Shown here piece by piece: positions 19,829 through 29,126 of a stretch of DNA of 54,552 nt. Positions within the stretch are counted from its first letter, which is position 1. The number at the start of each line of letters is the position of its first letter. The translations under genes were made by a program, and so were the position numbers. The notes under the pieces are model-generated. The model worked only from the letters and a program-made list of their open reading frames with translations. It was not told where the DNA came from and searched no databases. Source of the DNA: an uncultured virus (IMG/VR IMGVR_UViG_3300015610_000939) (lineage: Duplodnaviria > Heunggongvirae > Uroviricota > Caudoviricetes); IMG/VR virus record IMGVR_UViG_3300015610_000939; one strand, 5' to 3'.

Positions 19829-20518
19829 ATGGAAGCCTCAACAAAACGAAATGTCATCCTGGGTGTGGTATTTGCCGTACTTGCTGTTTTGATGGTCACC
19901 ATCCCAGCCATCGTCTTTAGACGACCAAACCACCACAACTGGCAGAAGTGGGGAGAGGTACACGTTCACCTCTCGGAGAACTTCACCCAACACCAAAGGG
20001 AACAAGCCCAGGAAGCTCTCCAGGAGCTTAACAGGCTTGGTCCAAGGTTTGTACTTGGAGGGGAGGGTGTCAACTCCATCGAGGTCGTGAGTTCCGACTT
20101 GACCAGAGGCCATCCTGGGGATTGTTCCGTTCTTGGTGCTGCAAGATACGACATGACTCCAAGGGGAGAGTCGAAGATTTTCATTGACCCAACCTGCACC
20201 CAGGGTAATCTTGAGTTCAGGACAGCCTTGATGCACGAAATTGGTCATTCCCTTGGGATGCAGCATGTGTGCCTTCCAAATGAGGAGAGGGTTGATTGCA
20301 GCCCTGTTGGAAGGGGGTTGTCAATCATGAATCCCCATCTCGTGAATGAAATTGGAGAAAGGGACACCTCGATTGAATCGAGTGACCCAGGTCCAGTTCC
20401 AACCTTTCAAGTTCAGGAGCTCGATGTCAAGGAGTTCGAGAGGGTTGCCAGGGTTGGTCAACCCCTCATCCGTCCTCTGTCACTCCCCCGTGCTCTCGTC
20501 GATGGCGGCCGGGACTGA
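19829..20518 (+). CDS. membrane-anchored zinc metallopeptidase (matrixin/metzincin-like)
   Basis: N-terminal TM; HEIGHSLGMQH zinc motif; Met-turn SIMNP. Confidence 0.8.
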   Translation: MEASTKRNVILGVVFAVLAVLMVTIPAIVFRRPNHHNWQKWGEVHVHLSENFTQHQREQAQEALQELNRLGPRFVLGGEGVNSIEVVSSDLTRGHPGDCSVLGAARYDMTPRGESKIFIDPTCTQGNLEFRTALMHEIGHSLGMQHVCLPNEERVDCSPVGRGLSIMNPHLVNEIGERDTSIESSDPGPVPTFQVQELDVKEFERVARVGQPLIRPLSLPRALVDGGRD

Positions 20519-21064
20519 ATCAGTCTCGGGGAGCACTTCGAACGAGTCGATCAGACCGGAGTGGCGGTAGCTCCAGAAGTCGATCAGCATTTCATCGGGA
20601 TCAAGCTCGTTCGACAGGTGAAAGTGAACCTGACCGAACTTTCCGTTCTCGATCTTGGAGAAGTGGATCACGAACACACCGTTCAAGGGCGCGAAGGAGG
20701 AGGTCAAACGGACCTTTCTTCCAATTCCACCCTCACCCACGATGGAGCGCATCTTGGCCTTGATTTCGGCTGCAAGCTCAAGCTTGGGTGTTGCAGGCGG
20801 AAGGTCTTGGCGTTCGTCGTCAACGCCAACGAACGTCCCTGCAACCTCCATGCTCAAGACCTGCTCGCTTGTGGGGGTTCCGATGGTCACCTCGCCGCCG
20901 AACTCATCTCGGATCGTCAAGAAAAGGGAACCGCCCTTTCCTCGGCCGACTGACTTCTTCACCACAGAGAACTGCGCAGGAGTTGCCATGGATCGGAGAC
21001 GAACGGAGATGGTTTCACCTTCGGAGATGCGCTTGATCAGGGAGCGGAGAATTTGCTTGTTCAT
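20480..21064 (-). CDS. hypothetical protein
   Basis: 194 aa ORF. Confidence 0.65.
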   Translation of the reverse strand: MNKQILRSLIKRISEGETISVRLRSMATPAQFSVVKKSVGRGKGGSLFLTIRDEFGGEVTIGTPTSEQVLSMEVAGTFVGVDDERQDLPPATPKLELAAEIKAKMRSIVGEGGIGRKVRLTSSFAPLNGVFVIHFSKIENGKFGQVHFHLSNELDPDEMLIDFWSYRHSGLIDSFEVLPETDSVPAAIDESTGE

Positions 21065-21429
21065 GGGATTTCCTGTTCTTCTTTTGGTTGGTCTTCTTGG
21101 TCTTCCTGAAGTGGTTCAAGGTCGATGAACTTGACGTGGTAGACACCAGGAGCTACGCCTTCTTCTTCGTTGACAACCAGGAACCTCAAGACCGTTTTTG
21201 GATTTGCGGTACCAACGATAAATCCCATTATCCCCGGTGGCAAGGTCTTGAGCTCCAAATTCTCATTTTCCGATCCCTCAGAGAACTCCGACTCAAAGGC
21301 ACAGGAAAGCTCAGTCTCCTTCGTGAGGCGAACCATCTTCCCAACCATTGCCTCCGCTGCTGGCCCAACGATTGCCTCGTAAAATGGACTCGATGGGAGA
21401 GTGAAATTCCTGGGCTTCTTCTTTTCCAT
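21061..21429 (-). CDS. hypothetical protein
   Basis: 122 aa, GAGGA RBS. Confidence 0.6.
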   Translation of the reverse strand: MEKKKPRNFTLPSSPFYEAIVGPAAEAMVGKMVRLTKETELSCAFESEFSEGSENENLELKTLPPGIMGFIVGTANPKTVLRFLVVNEEEGVAPGVYHVKFIDLEPLQEDQEDQPKEEQEIP

Positions 21430-21435
21430 GTTTCC

Positions 21436-21768
21436 TCAGAGCGGCTGAATTGCAGCCACGTCAACCGACGCAACAACCTTGATTGGACTCAAGTCAAGGT
21501 TGGGGGACGTTGCCAGCTTCAAATACCCATTGCCGTCGTTGATCACCAAGGAGATACCCGTTGGTGGAACATCTTCAAGCCGAGTTGCCACCGCAAAGGC
21601 AAGCTCCAGCTCAAGAAGGAGCGGAACCAAGGTGCCCTTGGTGTCCAAAATGACCAAAGGGACCCCTTCTCGTGAGATGGAAACCACCTCTTCTGCAAGA
21701 AGACGGTCTCTTTCACTTGATGGAGCCCCTAAGATCAGGGTAACGTTGTTTTCGCGTTGAATGTGCAT
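21436..21768 (-). CDS. hypothetical protein
   Basis: likely start MHIQRENN at 21768. Confidence 0.5.
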   Translation of the reverse strand: MHIQRENNVTLILGAPSSERDRLLAEEVVSISREGVPLVILDTKGTLVPLLLELELAFAVATRLEDVPPTGISLVINDGNGYLKLATSPNLDLSPIKVVASVDVAAIQPL

Positions 21769-21788
21769 GGTAAAGGTAGGTTGAGCAC

Positions 21789-22253
21789 TTACCTCCTCGC
21801 TGTCAAGTTCCCCATGTTCTCTGGCATCGGGACATTGACACGAGCACTCAAGGTTCTCATGAGTCCAACAACCCTTCGGGTGTAAGACGCAGTCCTTCCA
21901 GGGCAAGAACACAGGCCGCAGCGGAACCTGGAGATAGCTCCAGTCCAGTTGCCGCACACCTCATAGCTCCTCCTGAGAGCAGCGGCAGCATGGTTCGGGG
22001 TTCCTGCGGTGTGGCGTTGGTGTCGAGAGATTGGAGCTCCCCAATTACCTCCCTCGTTGATATCACATCCAAGGTGAGTCTCGGAGAAACCAACGGACAT
22101 CATCACCAGCTCTGGAACACCGTGTGTTTGTTGCCCCTCTGTTGCATGTTGAGCAATTTGAGCTTGCCGGTCGACGATGCAAGCCCTGTTGTTGCCGGAC
22201 ATGTATGGGAAAATTGCCAAGATGGCGCTCAGGATCAGTTGTGCGATACTCAT
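21789..22253 (-). CDS. secreted protein, possible lytic transglycosylase/lysozyme-like fold
   Basis: signal peptide; HGVPELVMMSVGFSET..., GNWTGAISRF, YTRRV resemble SLT-type motifs. Confidence 0.4.
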   Translation of the reverse strand: MSIAQLILSAILAIFPYMSGNNRACIVDRQAQIAQHATEGQQTHGVPELVMMSVGFSETHLGCDINEGGNWGAPISRHQRHTAGTPNHAAAALRRSYEVCGNWTGAISRFRCGLCSCPGRTASYTRRVVGLMRTLSARVNVPMPENMGNLTARR

Positions 22254-22286
22254 GACGCAGCGTTGTACACACATTTGAATGCTGCG

Positions 22287-22481
22287 TCAACCCACAGCAT
22301 CATTTTTGTGGGTCAGTGTGCTCTTCTGTGGAATGGATTCCCTTGGCGGCATCGTACACAGCAACAAACTGCTGTCCGAGCCAAACCTTGAGCGAGAGCT
22401 CCAAGAAGCCAAGGACAACCGCTGCTGCAATTGCTTGTCCACGAGGGAATCCACCATAGAGGAGGATTGCGGCAACCACAA
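22287..22481 (-). CDS. hypothetical protein
   Basis: short ORF; overlaps an alternative hydrophobic ORF (MEWALPH..., in 22300..22698), real frame uncertain. Confidence 0.2.
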   Translation of the reverse strand: MWLPQSSSMVDSLVDKQLQQRLSLASWSSRSRFGSDSSLLLCTMPPRESIPQKSTLTHKNDAVG

Positions 22482-22516
22482 GGTACTTGATGAGATGGGG
22501 AAGAGCCCATTCCATG

Positions 22517-22807
22517 TTACTTCCTTGGCTTCCTAGCAGTGCGACTGCCAACCCAAGCGATGAAGAGAATGCTGCCGAAAACGAAAGGAATCGAGAAAAT
22601 GATCCTTCTTCCGGTGTCGTTGAAAAGGTACCCGGCGATCCCATAGAAAGGAATGCCGAGGACAAAAAGCACGAAACACGCAAAGACAGCAATGGCAAGA
22701 AGCCAGAAGAGCAGTACGAGAGTTACTGAAACTAGATCCCAAATGGCTTCGATACCGTTGAAGAAGTTCACCACGAGATCACTCAAGCCCTTTTCTACCT
22801 TGTTCAT
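22517..22807 (-). CDS. membrane protein
   Basis: 96 aa with 2-3 TM helices. Confidence 0.55.
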   Translation of the reverse strand: MNKVEKGLSDLVVNFFNGIEAIWDLVSVTLVLLFWLLAIAVFACFVLFVLGIPFYGIAGYLFNDTGRRIIFSIPFVFGSILFIAWVGSRTARKPRK

Positions 22808-23215
22808 TCGCGCTCCCCCATATCCTGAACCTTGTCGGTTCCACGACCTTCACGTTCGTTTCGATCCTGGATGGCGTGGAAGACAATGTGAGCGTTCGTC
22901 GCATTGGTCTTCGTGAATCCAGGGTTCAGGAGGTTCTCCTTGACAAACTTCTGGACGGCATCCCAATCCACGATACGGCTCGTGGGCTCGTAGAAGAGAA
23001 CTGTGCGGCCCTCAATGACCCACCAAGTCAGGCTCACGCAGACCGGGAAGCTCTCAACCTTGCCTCCCTCCCCCCAGGACCTTGAGCTCCTTGATGATTG
23101 GCAAATAGCTACGGTAATTCTGCTCCCACTTCATCTTCTCGTGGTGCTTCTCCCAAAGAAGAAAAGCTTCGTTGTCCGTGGCCTCAATCGCGTAGTTAAC
23201 CTTCTTGTAGCTCAT
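22804..23215 (-). pseudogene. hypothetical phage gene interrupted by a +1 frameshift in a G6 run
   Basis: ATG 23215 (MSYKKVNYAIEATD...) with AGGAG RBS joins the 22804..23037 frame if one G of the run at 23070-23075 is removed. Confidence 0.6.
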
Positions 23216-23264
23216 TTCTTGTTCTCCTGACAGACAGATTAATCAGTAATGGCCAAGCGTCAAG

Positions 23265-23549
23265 TCACCAACTCCAACCACCAACAGGTTTCTTCGGGTA
23301 GTTGTCCTCCCCAAGCCACACCTTCTCCTCCTTCGTAAACGCTTCATCCTGGGATGGCGCGTTGTCGATGGGAGCTTGGTTCAATTGGGCTAGGAGGAAC
23401 CTCTCTAAGCGCTCCAGGTTCCGAGAAATGGCATTCGCCTTCTCTTGGTCGTACCCATCTTGGTGCAGACCAAAGAGAGCTTCGGAGCGCATCTTCTTGA
23501 TGGCGCTCTTGACAGCTTGCTCTGTTTTGTAAATTCTGCTCTTGCTCAT
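23265..23549 (-). CDS. hypothetical protein
   Basis: 94 aa ORF. Confidence 0.55.
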   Translation of the reverse strand: MSKSRIYKTEQAVKSAIKKMRSEALFGLHQDGYDQEKANAISRNLERLERFLLAQLNQAPIDNAPSQDEAFTKEEKVWLGEDNYPKKPVGGWSW

Positions 23550-23616
23550 CTGATAACAAGCTTAATGCTCACTCCACTTTCAGATTAATGCTTCGACCCC
23601 CCCAAGTCAACCTCAT

Positions 23617-23997
23617 TCACTCCGCCGAACGGAGGGTGGGACGAAGGTTGAGGCTGTTGACGGGAACAGCTCCAAGGGTGATCATCCAGAGCTGGTTGCG
23701 GTAGCGGTGAGCAAGAGCGCAAGCTTCCTCCATCTCGGAGAGGGTGATCGAGGTCTCGTCCTGCATGAACTTCATGGCGAGGAAGGTTCCTCGGGTCACC
23801 TCACGCTTGGAGAACCCGAACTTGTTCTTGTGGGCCGTGCCCTTGGTGACACGTTCGTCCTCGGTCTGACGAGCCAACACCTCGCAGAGACCCAGGAGGG
23901 CTGCCTTGGCGTCAGCCTTCACAGCCATTCCCACGTCATCAGCAGTCGTGAAACCAGAGGGATTCGAAACCAGGGCCTTGAAGAGGTTCGTGTTCAT
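23617..23997 (-). CDS. hypothetical protein
   Basis: 126 aa, AAGGAG RBS. Confidence 0.65.
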   Translation of the reverse strand: MNTNLFKALVSNPSGFTTADDVGMAVKADAKAALLGLCEVLARQTEDERVTKGTAHKNKFGFSKREVTRGTFLAMKFMQDETSITLSEMEEACALAHRYRNQLWMITLGAVPVNSLNLRPTLRSAE

Positions 23998-24069
23998 CTC
24001 AGTTCTCCTTCGGTGCTTTTGATGATAATGCTTGCTTTGGACTCGTCAACCTTGATTTTGCGTTTTCTC

Positions 24070-24303
24070 TTAGGGGAGCCGAGAGTGCATCCCCTCCAAG
24101 AACTCCAGGCGCTCCTTGAGCGCTTTCATGGAGGCTCGGTGGACACGGGTCGTGCTCTCCTGCTCAAGCTCGCTCTCAGGGCGAGCACGGAGCTCCTCCA
24201 TTGACCGGAGGTACACCCGTTGGGTGGAAAGAATCTCAAGCTCGATCCGTTGGATTTCGCGAGCAACAACTTCCTTCGTGAATGGACGGCTTCGTTCGAT
24301 CAT
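24070..24303 (-). CDS. hypothetical protein
   Basis: 77 aa ORF. Confidence 0.55.
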   Translation of the reverse strand: MIERSRPFTKEVVAREIQRIELEILSTQRVYLRSMEELRARPESELEQESTTRVHRASMKALKERLEFLEGMHSRLP

Positions 24304-24474
24304 GTTCGTCTCTCTTTCCTGGTTAAGAGGATAATCACCCTCTCCCCCTCCGCAAGGGTCTCTAAGATTTTTCTATCCCCTCTTCCCTCTTCTTGGTTAT
24401 CCTCCACTAGTCTAGTTTTCTGTGGCCGGTAGACAACGCTCTTTCAACATGATACGATTCCTGGAGGAGAACAT

Positions 24475-24768
24475 ATGACAATTGCAAGTCGACAAGCTGC
24501 AAACCAGCGAGTGCTGAACCAGAGGGTTCTGATTCAAGAGGTTGAAGAGTCCCAGCAGAAGGAAGGCAAGCTGGTGAAGGTTGACGGGGAGAGGAACCCA
24601 CTCGGAACCGGAAGGATCGTTGCTCGTGCTGATGACGTGAAGAATGGCGTCCAGGTCGGAGACTCGGTCATCTTTGATCGGCGACAGGCGTTGCCCTTGA
24701 AGCTTCCTGACGGGGACTATCTCTTGGTCCATGAGTCAATGCTCTATGTCGTGTTGACACACCGCTGA
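24475..24768 (+). CDS. groES: co-chaperonin GroES (Cpn10)-like
   Basis: LNQRVLIQ....EGKLV......TGRIVA....V..G.QVGDSVIF.......L...DYLLVHES fits the Cpn10 fold; GGAGGAG RBS. Confidence 0.75.
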   Translation: MTIASRQAANQRVLNQRVLIQEVEESQQKEGKLVKVDGERNPLGTGRIVARADDVKNGVQVGDSVIFDRRQALPLKLPDGDYLLVHESMLYVVLTHR

Positions 24769-24788
24769 AGGTGAGTTAAACTTGCTGC

Positions 24789-25022
24789 ATGAGACGTGCA
24801 AGCAAGAAAAGGATGGAGCAAGATGTAGCTTCTCGCTCTCTGAAGAACTACAAGATGTGCCTTCGAAAGGTGCTCTACTGGTCCGAAATTGCAGCGCAGA
24901 TTGCTGCCAACAGGATCACCGGTCAAGGGCACCCAATGAAGATTTACCAGTGTCCGAACTGTGGAAACTGGCACATCACCTCCGATAAAGAGAAGATGAA
25001 GAAGATGAAGAAGGCTAGTTAA
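24789..25022 (+). CDS. small zinc-ribbon protein
   Basis: C..K..Y...IY.CP.CG.WHITS motif. Confidence 0.6.
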   Translation: MRRASKKRMEQDVASRSLKNYKMCLRKVLYWSEIAAQIAANRITGQGHPMKIYQCPNCGNWHITSDKEKMKKMKKAS

Positions 25023-25028
25023 CTGTAC

Positions 25029-25131
25029 GCCCACGTCGTATCAATGAAGAACTATTGAAGTGCGAAGTTGTTTGCGCTTGTTGTCATAGAATTCGCACAG
25101 CTTCTCGGAGGTTCGAATCCTCTCGTGGGCT
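25029..25131 (+). pseudogene. tRNA remnant carrying an HNH C-terminal fragment
   Basis: acceptor GCCCACG/CGTGGGC and T arm GGAGG-TTCGAAT-CCTCT enclose a sequence translating RINEELLKCEVVCACCHRIRT. Confidence 0.6.
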
Positions 25132-25157
25132 CTCTCTAGTTGGACCCCAACTAAACC

Positions 25158-25469
25158 GTGATCATCTTGCCCCCAATCCACCTTTCTCCAGGTCAGAGAG
25201 TGCTCGTCAAACGACTGTTGGACAGCTCTACACTGGAAAAGTGGTTCGAGGTAATACCACAACCGACAAATGCCAGAGCGGTAGGTAATGTCGGTGTAGT
25301 GATTCAGGTCTTCAAGCCGCAATACTACACGTCCGACTGCAACTGGATCGTTGAGGTCTATCAGTATGATGACAAGCAAACAACCTTCTACATTCCAGAG
25401 GAGCTCGTTGCTTTGGTTGTGACTCCAGCTCTACGAAGAGCTGGGATGAAGGATAGGAAGTTCAAGTGA
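25158..25469 (+). CDS. hypothetical protein
   Basis: 103 aa, GTG start. Confidence 0.5.
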   Translation: MIILPPIHLSPGQRVLVKRLLDSSTLEKWFEVIPQPTNARAVGNVGVVIQVFKPQYYTSDCNWIVEVYQYDDKQTTFYIPEELVALVVTPALRRAGMKDRKFK

Positions 25470-25909
25470 GAGTTCCAAAGTTCAATGGGAGGTTCAAGTT
25501 CTTGAGCAACTTTGAGCCATGCGAGGTTACGTTTGAGGGTGTAACCTACCCAAGCACGGAGCATGCCTACCAAGCTGCCAAGACACTCAATCCAAAGATC
25601 CGGGCTCTCTTCTTGCTTCCCAGCGTAACAGCCGGGAAGGCCAAGAGGATGGCGAAGACGATGAAGGTTAGGGAGGATTGGAATGACGTTCGGGTCGGTG
25701 TGATGGAAGGTCTTCTCCGACAGAAGTTCGCCCCTGGGACATCCTTGGCGCTTGAGTTGGCAGTCCTCAAGGACTACGACATCTGTGAGGGCAACTACTG
25801 GCATGACAATTTTTGGGGCTCCTGCACTTGCGCTAAGTGTGCGGATAAAGGAGAGAATGTGCTGGGCAAGCTCTTGATGAAGTTGAGGGATGAGCTCCTG
25901 TCAACCTGA
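25466..25909 (+). CDS. NADAR (YbiA-like) family protein
   Basis: FLSNF..C.V..EG..YPSTEHAYQAAK, REDW...R..VM..LL.QKF, EGN.W.D.FWG, GENVLGKLLM.LR. Confidence 0.92.
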   Translation: MRVPKFNGRFKFLSNFEPCEVTFEGVTYPSTEHAYQAAKTLNPKIRALFLLPSVTAGKAKRMAKTMKVREDWNDVRVGVMEGLLRQKFAPGTSLALELAVLKDYDICEGNYWHDNFWGSCTCAKCADKGENVLGKLLMKLRDELLST

Positions 25910-25990
25910 AAAATGCATTTTGGTGTTGGCGAGTCTTCTTTCGTGCGTACCATGTGGGATACGAAACGACGAACACGAAAGGACACTCAA

Positions 25991-26572
25991 ATGAAGATCA
26001 ACACTCTCCTCGCACTCATTCTCTCGACCGTTGCTGCCTGCGCTCCTTGCGCTCCTGGTGACGATGGCTCTGTTCCGCAGGATGGGGCTGTGGTGGCCGA
26101 TGCTGCCCCCTCGGACGCTTCCTGTATGCCTCCCACGACTTCGGTCTTGGAGGAAGGAAGCGAACTGGTGGTCCTTCAAGGAACGGACTCCAATGGAGCT
26201 CCTTTCCAGGTCGGAATGGTCCGGGTGGCAACCTCGGTGGAAGTGACGAACTCTCTCGGAGCTCAGCCCCATGGTCTCGCTCTGGTCCTCAATGGAGTTC
26301 GCCAGAGCACCATGGTGTGGGGTGGACGTGCGGTGGGAATGAGCCGCATCGCTGCCACGGTCCCCCAGGGACCCTTCTGCCCCGGCACCATGCACGGCTA
26401 CTTGGTCCAGCTCGGCTTTGGAACCGTGGGTGAGACGATGCCTGCCGAGGGTCTCTCGGTGGTAGGCCGCCAGCTTCGGGATGGACAGACCATCTCTGTC
26501 CGCTTCGATGTGTGCACCGCCGAGGGATGCGTCGAAGGAACGACCAAGGAAATGGTTGTGCGAGTTCGCTGA
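25991..26572 (+). CDS. lipoprotein
   Basis: MKINTLLALILSTVAAC lipobox; AAAGGA RBS. Confidence 0.65.
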   Translation: MKINTLLALILSTVAACAPCAPGDDGSVPQDGAVVADAAPSDASCMPPTTSVLEEGSELVVLQGTDSNGAPFQVGMVRVATSVEVTNSLGAQPHGLALVLNGVRQSTMVWGGRAVGMSRIAATVPQGPFCPGTMHGYLVQLGFGTVGETMPAEGLSVVGRQLRDGQTISVRFDVCTAEGCVEGTTKEMVVRVR

Positions 26573-26660
26573 AAGAGGAATGTGCTTGACAACCCTACTA
26601 TCAAAGACTACAAATAGGAAATCAGCAACTAGTTGAGCCTAGTTAGCTGAACCTGCATAA

Positions 26661-26734
26661 GCCGATATAGTACAGTGGAAGTACACGTCCTTGGTACGGA
26701 TGAGACGCAAGTTCAATTCTCGCTATCGGCTCCA
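26661..26734 (+). tRNA. tRNA-Thr(GGT)
   Basis: GCCGATA/TATCGGC acceptor, CGTCC-TTGGTAC-GGATG anticodon arm, CCA end. Confidence 0.9.
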
Positions 26735-26834
26735 ATCGTTATCGTCTCTTTAACTTAGTCATGATCGCAATGACTATCTGCCTCATCCTTGTCTTGGGAA
26801 TGTTCATCATCCCTCTCGGGCTGAGATAACAACC

Positions 26835-27638
26835 TCAAGGATTGAGAAGATCATCAACAGGGCGCTTGACCCAAAGACCGAACTTGTGGCCCTTGGCCTT
26901 CAGGGCTTCGATGGTCTTTGGTCCTGGGACACCATCGCATTCTGCAACAGGGATGCCAAGAGCCTTCTGGCGGTCTTTCCAAGCCTTCAGGTCTTCCTGC
27001 TCATCCAGGTCGAAGCACTCGTATCCTGCCTTCTGTAGGGCTAGATACATGGCATCTCCGGGATCTCCAGGTCCTCTGTCGGTTGTTTGGTTCCTGTGCC
27101 CCACAACACCAACCACATCGACTCCACCATCTTGCAATCTCTTGACGACAGAGACCTTTGGACCATTGGACTTCTTGCTCCAAGCGATCTGCCTTTGGAT
27201 TCCCAGGAGAGCTGTAAGAGCGTCAATGAGAAGAACAGCCTTCTCGATCTGTCCCTCATAGACATCACCTTCATCCGTCTGAACAAGTTCGAAGCCAAGG
27301 GAAATGCTGTTGACATTCCCGGCTTGCCACGAGTATTTCTTGGTTGGGTCATTCTGAACCAGGACGGAACCGTCTCGGTCAATGGTGAAATCCCAAGAGA
27401 CCTGCCTGTCCGTATTGGTTTGATAGCGAGCCAAGCTTTCAGCGGTTGAGCTTGCCTTGCCAATGCCAGGGAGAACTTTCCCCTTGACACCCTTGTGAGT
27501 GTGCATTACAATCATGCGCAACCAACGAGTCCTGGGGTTGAAATCGGTAATTTCCTTCAGCCAGGATGGGCCGTCCTGCCAAGACTTGGTTGTGAGACCC
27601 GGAACTTCAAATTTCTTGCCGTTGATGATCAGTGCCAT
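26835..27638 (-). CDS. N-acetylmuramoyl-L-alanine amidase (Amidase_2) endolysin with C-terminal PG-binding-like segment
   Basis: IVMHT..., VSWDFTIDRDG, SWQAG..NS.SLGFEL, VVGH...PGDPG, DGVPGPKT..AL; start re-called at MALIING (27638) because the longer ORF runs into a tRNA. Confidence 0.8.
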   Translation of the reverse strand: MALIINGKKFEVPGLTTKSWQDGPSWLKEITDFNPRTRWLRMIVMHTHKGVKGKVLPGIGKASSTAESLARYQTNTDRQVSWDFTIDRDGSVLVQNDPTKKYSWQAGNVNSISLGFELVQTDEGDVYEGQIEKAVLLIDALTALLGIQRQIAWSKKSNGPKVSVVKRLQDGGVDVVGVVGHRNQTTDRGPGDPGDAMYLALQKAGYECFDLDEQEDLKAWKDRQKALGIPVAECDGVPGPKTIEALKAKGHKFGLWVKRPVDDLLNP

Positions 27639-27659
27639 GCTGATAGTTATGTCCACCAT

Positions 27660-27730
27660 GGCGGTGACACTGGGATAGTGACCTCGGTCTGCAAAACTGA
27701 GTGTAGAAGGTTCAAATCCTTCCATCGCTT
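27660..27730 (+). tRNA. tRNA-Cys(GCA)
   Basis: GGCGGTG/CATCGCT acceptor, CTCGGT-CTGCAAA-ACTGAG anticodon arm, GAAGG-TTCAAAT-CCTTC T arm. Confidence 0.8.
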
Positions 27731-27765
27731 CTAAAGCTATAGTTACCAAGAGGTAGCGATGTAGC

Positions 27766-28326
27766 GTGTTCAGAGTTCTTTTGGTCCTTATGGCAGTTCT
27801 CCTTGGATTCTGCTCCGGTTGCCCAACCAGAGGCGGATTGACGGACCACGCTGCTGTAGCTCCAAGGGACTTTGTGTGTCCGAGAAGAGATATAACTGTT
27901 CGAATTCACCTGGATTTTACGCCACACCAACGCTTCTTGATTGGAATGGCGATCACGGACCTGAAGCATCTAAACGTCCATGGAAGGGTTGTAGATGGAC
28001 CGGCTGACGTGGTTATTCGCCATTGGACGTTTGATTGTGAGTCCTTGATCCTGGGGAGCTACACAGCGGAAACGAACTACACCTTGATTGACCCAAGATG
28101 TTCGACAACGGACCAGCAGTTCAGGGCAGTTGTTGTCCACGAACTTGGGCATTGGTTGGGGATGCGCCACATTTGTCGGCCTGATGGGAGAACCTCGGAT
28201 GTGTGTTCTCCTGTTGGGCGGGGGGAAGCTGTAATGAACCCAACCACAGCCATTGATCAGTCTGCCATGCCAAACAGCCTTGACATTGCGGAGTACAACC
28301 GTGTTTGTTGGATTCGCTCCAGGTGA
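27766..28326 (+). CDS. lipoprotein zinc metallopeptidase (matrixin-like), paralog of 19829
   Basis: signal + CSGC; HELGHWLGMRH; CSPVGRGEAVMNP. Confidence 0.8.
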   Translation: MFRVLLVLMAVLLGFCSGCPTRGGLTDHAAVAPRDFVCPRRDITVRIHLDFTPHQRFLIGMAITDLKHLNVHGRVVDGPADVVIRHWTFDCESLILGSYTAETNYTLIDPRCSTTDQQFRAVVVHELGHWLGMRHICRPDGRTSDVCSPVGRGEAVMNPTTAIDQSAMPNSLDIAEYNRVCWIRSR

Positions 28327-28357
28327 CAAAGACTGCAAGAGTGGTTAGGTTCATGGA

Positions 28358-28879
28358 ATGAGCTATAGGACACCCGACAACTCCAATACTACCGCCCAGC
28401 TTTACGCTGCCGAACTGGAAGTTCTACGCCTCCGGGAGGAGAATGAGAAACTTCGAGTGCTGCTGAAAACGGAGATCGTTCGACCTCCATTCAAGCCAAA
28501 AGCTGAGCTCCCCGAGCTGCTGAATGCTTCCTTGCTCTACGAGCCAAACGCTCTCTACAGAGCCTACAGAGCTTTCCGTTGCTTTCAAGACAACCACCGC
28601 TGGGTGTCAATGATTGACATTGACCTCGCAAAGTTGGTGTGGAAAAAATGGAACAAAAAGCCAAAATCCCGCGAGAACTACCACTGGACCGACAACCCGA
28701 TCTACTTCCTCTGCAAGATTCAGTGTAGGGATTGCAAGCTTGTCGGAAAAGAGTGTATGGTTGATGATCCAAGCACTGAATGCAGCTATCTTGGGAGTTC
28801 AAGCTACTACAAGGTCTACTCAATTGGGAGATCCCTCGTTTCGTCGGTAGAGAACTATTTTCGTGAAATTGACCCCTAG
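28358..28879 (+). CDS. hypothetical protein
   Basis: 173 aa ORF. Confidence 0.55.
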   Translation: MSYRTPDNSNTTAQLYAAELEVLRLREENEKLRVLLKTEIVRPPFKPKAELPELLNASLLYEPNALYRAYRAFRCFQDNHRWVSMIDIDLAKLVWKKWNKKPKSRENYHWTDNPIYFLCKIQCRDCKLVGKECMVDDPSTECSYLGSSSYYKVYSIGRSLVSSVENYFREIDP

Positions 28880-29126
28880 CAACCCACATTTCGTTGGAAA
28901 GGGTTCCCTTGGCATCTCTGTTAGACCTGGAGTGCTATGGCTCGGCAATGCCTATGCGGGAAACTTTGAGAAAGGGGAATTCTTCTTGATTGTCTCAGAT
29001 CCCATGTACATTGAGATCATGCAGGGTATGTCACGGTGGTTCTACAAGGTCATTTTTGAAGAGAGAGTTTACTTGGTCAGAGTCGATGACATCGTCAATC
29101 CCTACTACAACGGACCCGCAAGTTAG
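28863..29126 (+). CDS. hypothetical protein
   Basis: 87 aa ORF. Confidence 0.5.
   Translation: MKLTPSNPHFVGKGSLGISVRPGVLWLGNAYAGNFEKGEFFLIVSDPMYIEIMQGMSRWFYKVIFEERVYLVRVDDIVNPYYNGPAS

Noticed and set aside
27639..27749. N-terminal extension of the amidase ORF
   Set aside because: It is antisense to tRNA-Cys; the downstream ATG at 27638 gives a coherent protein.
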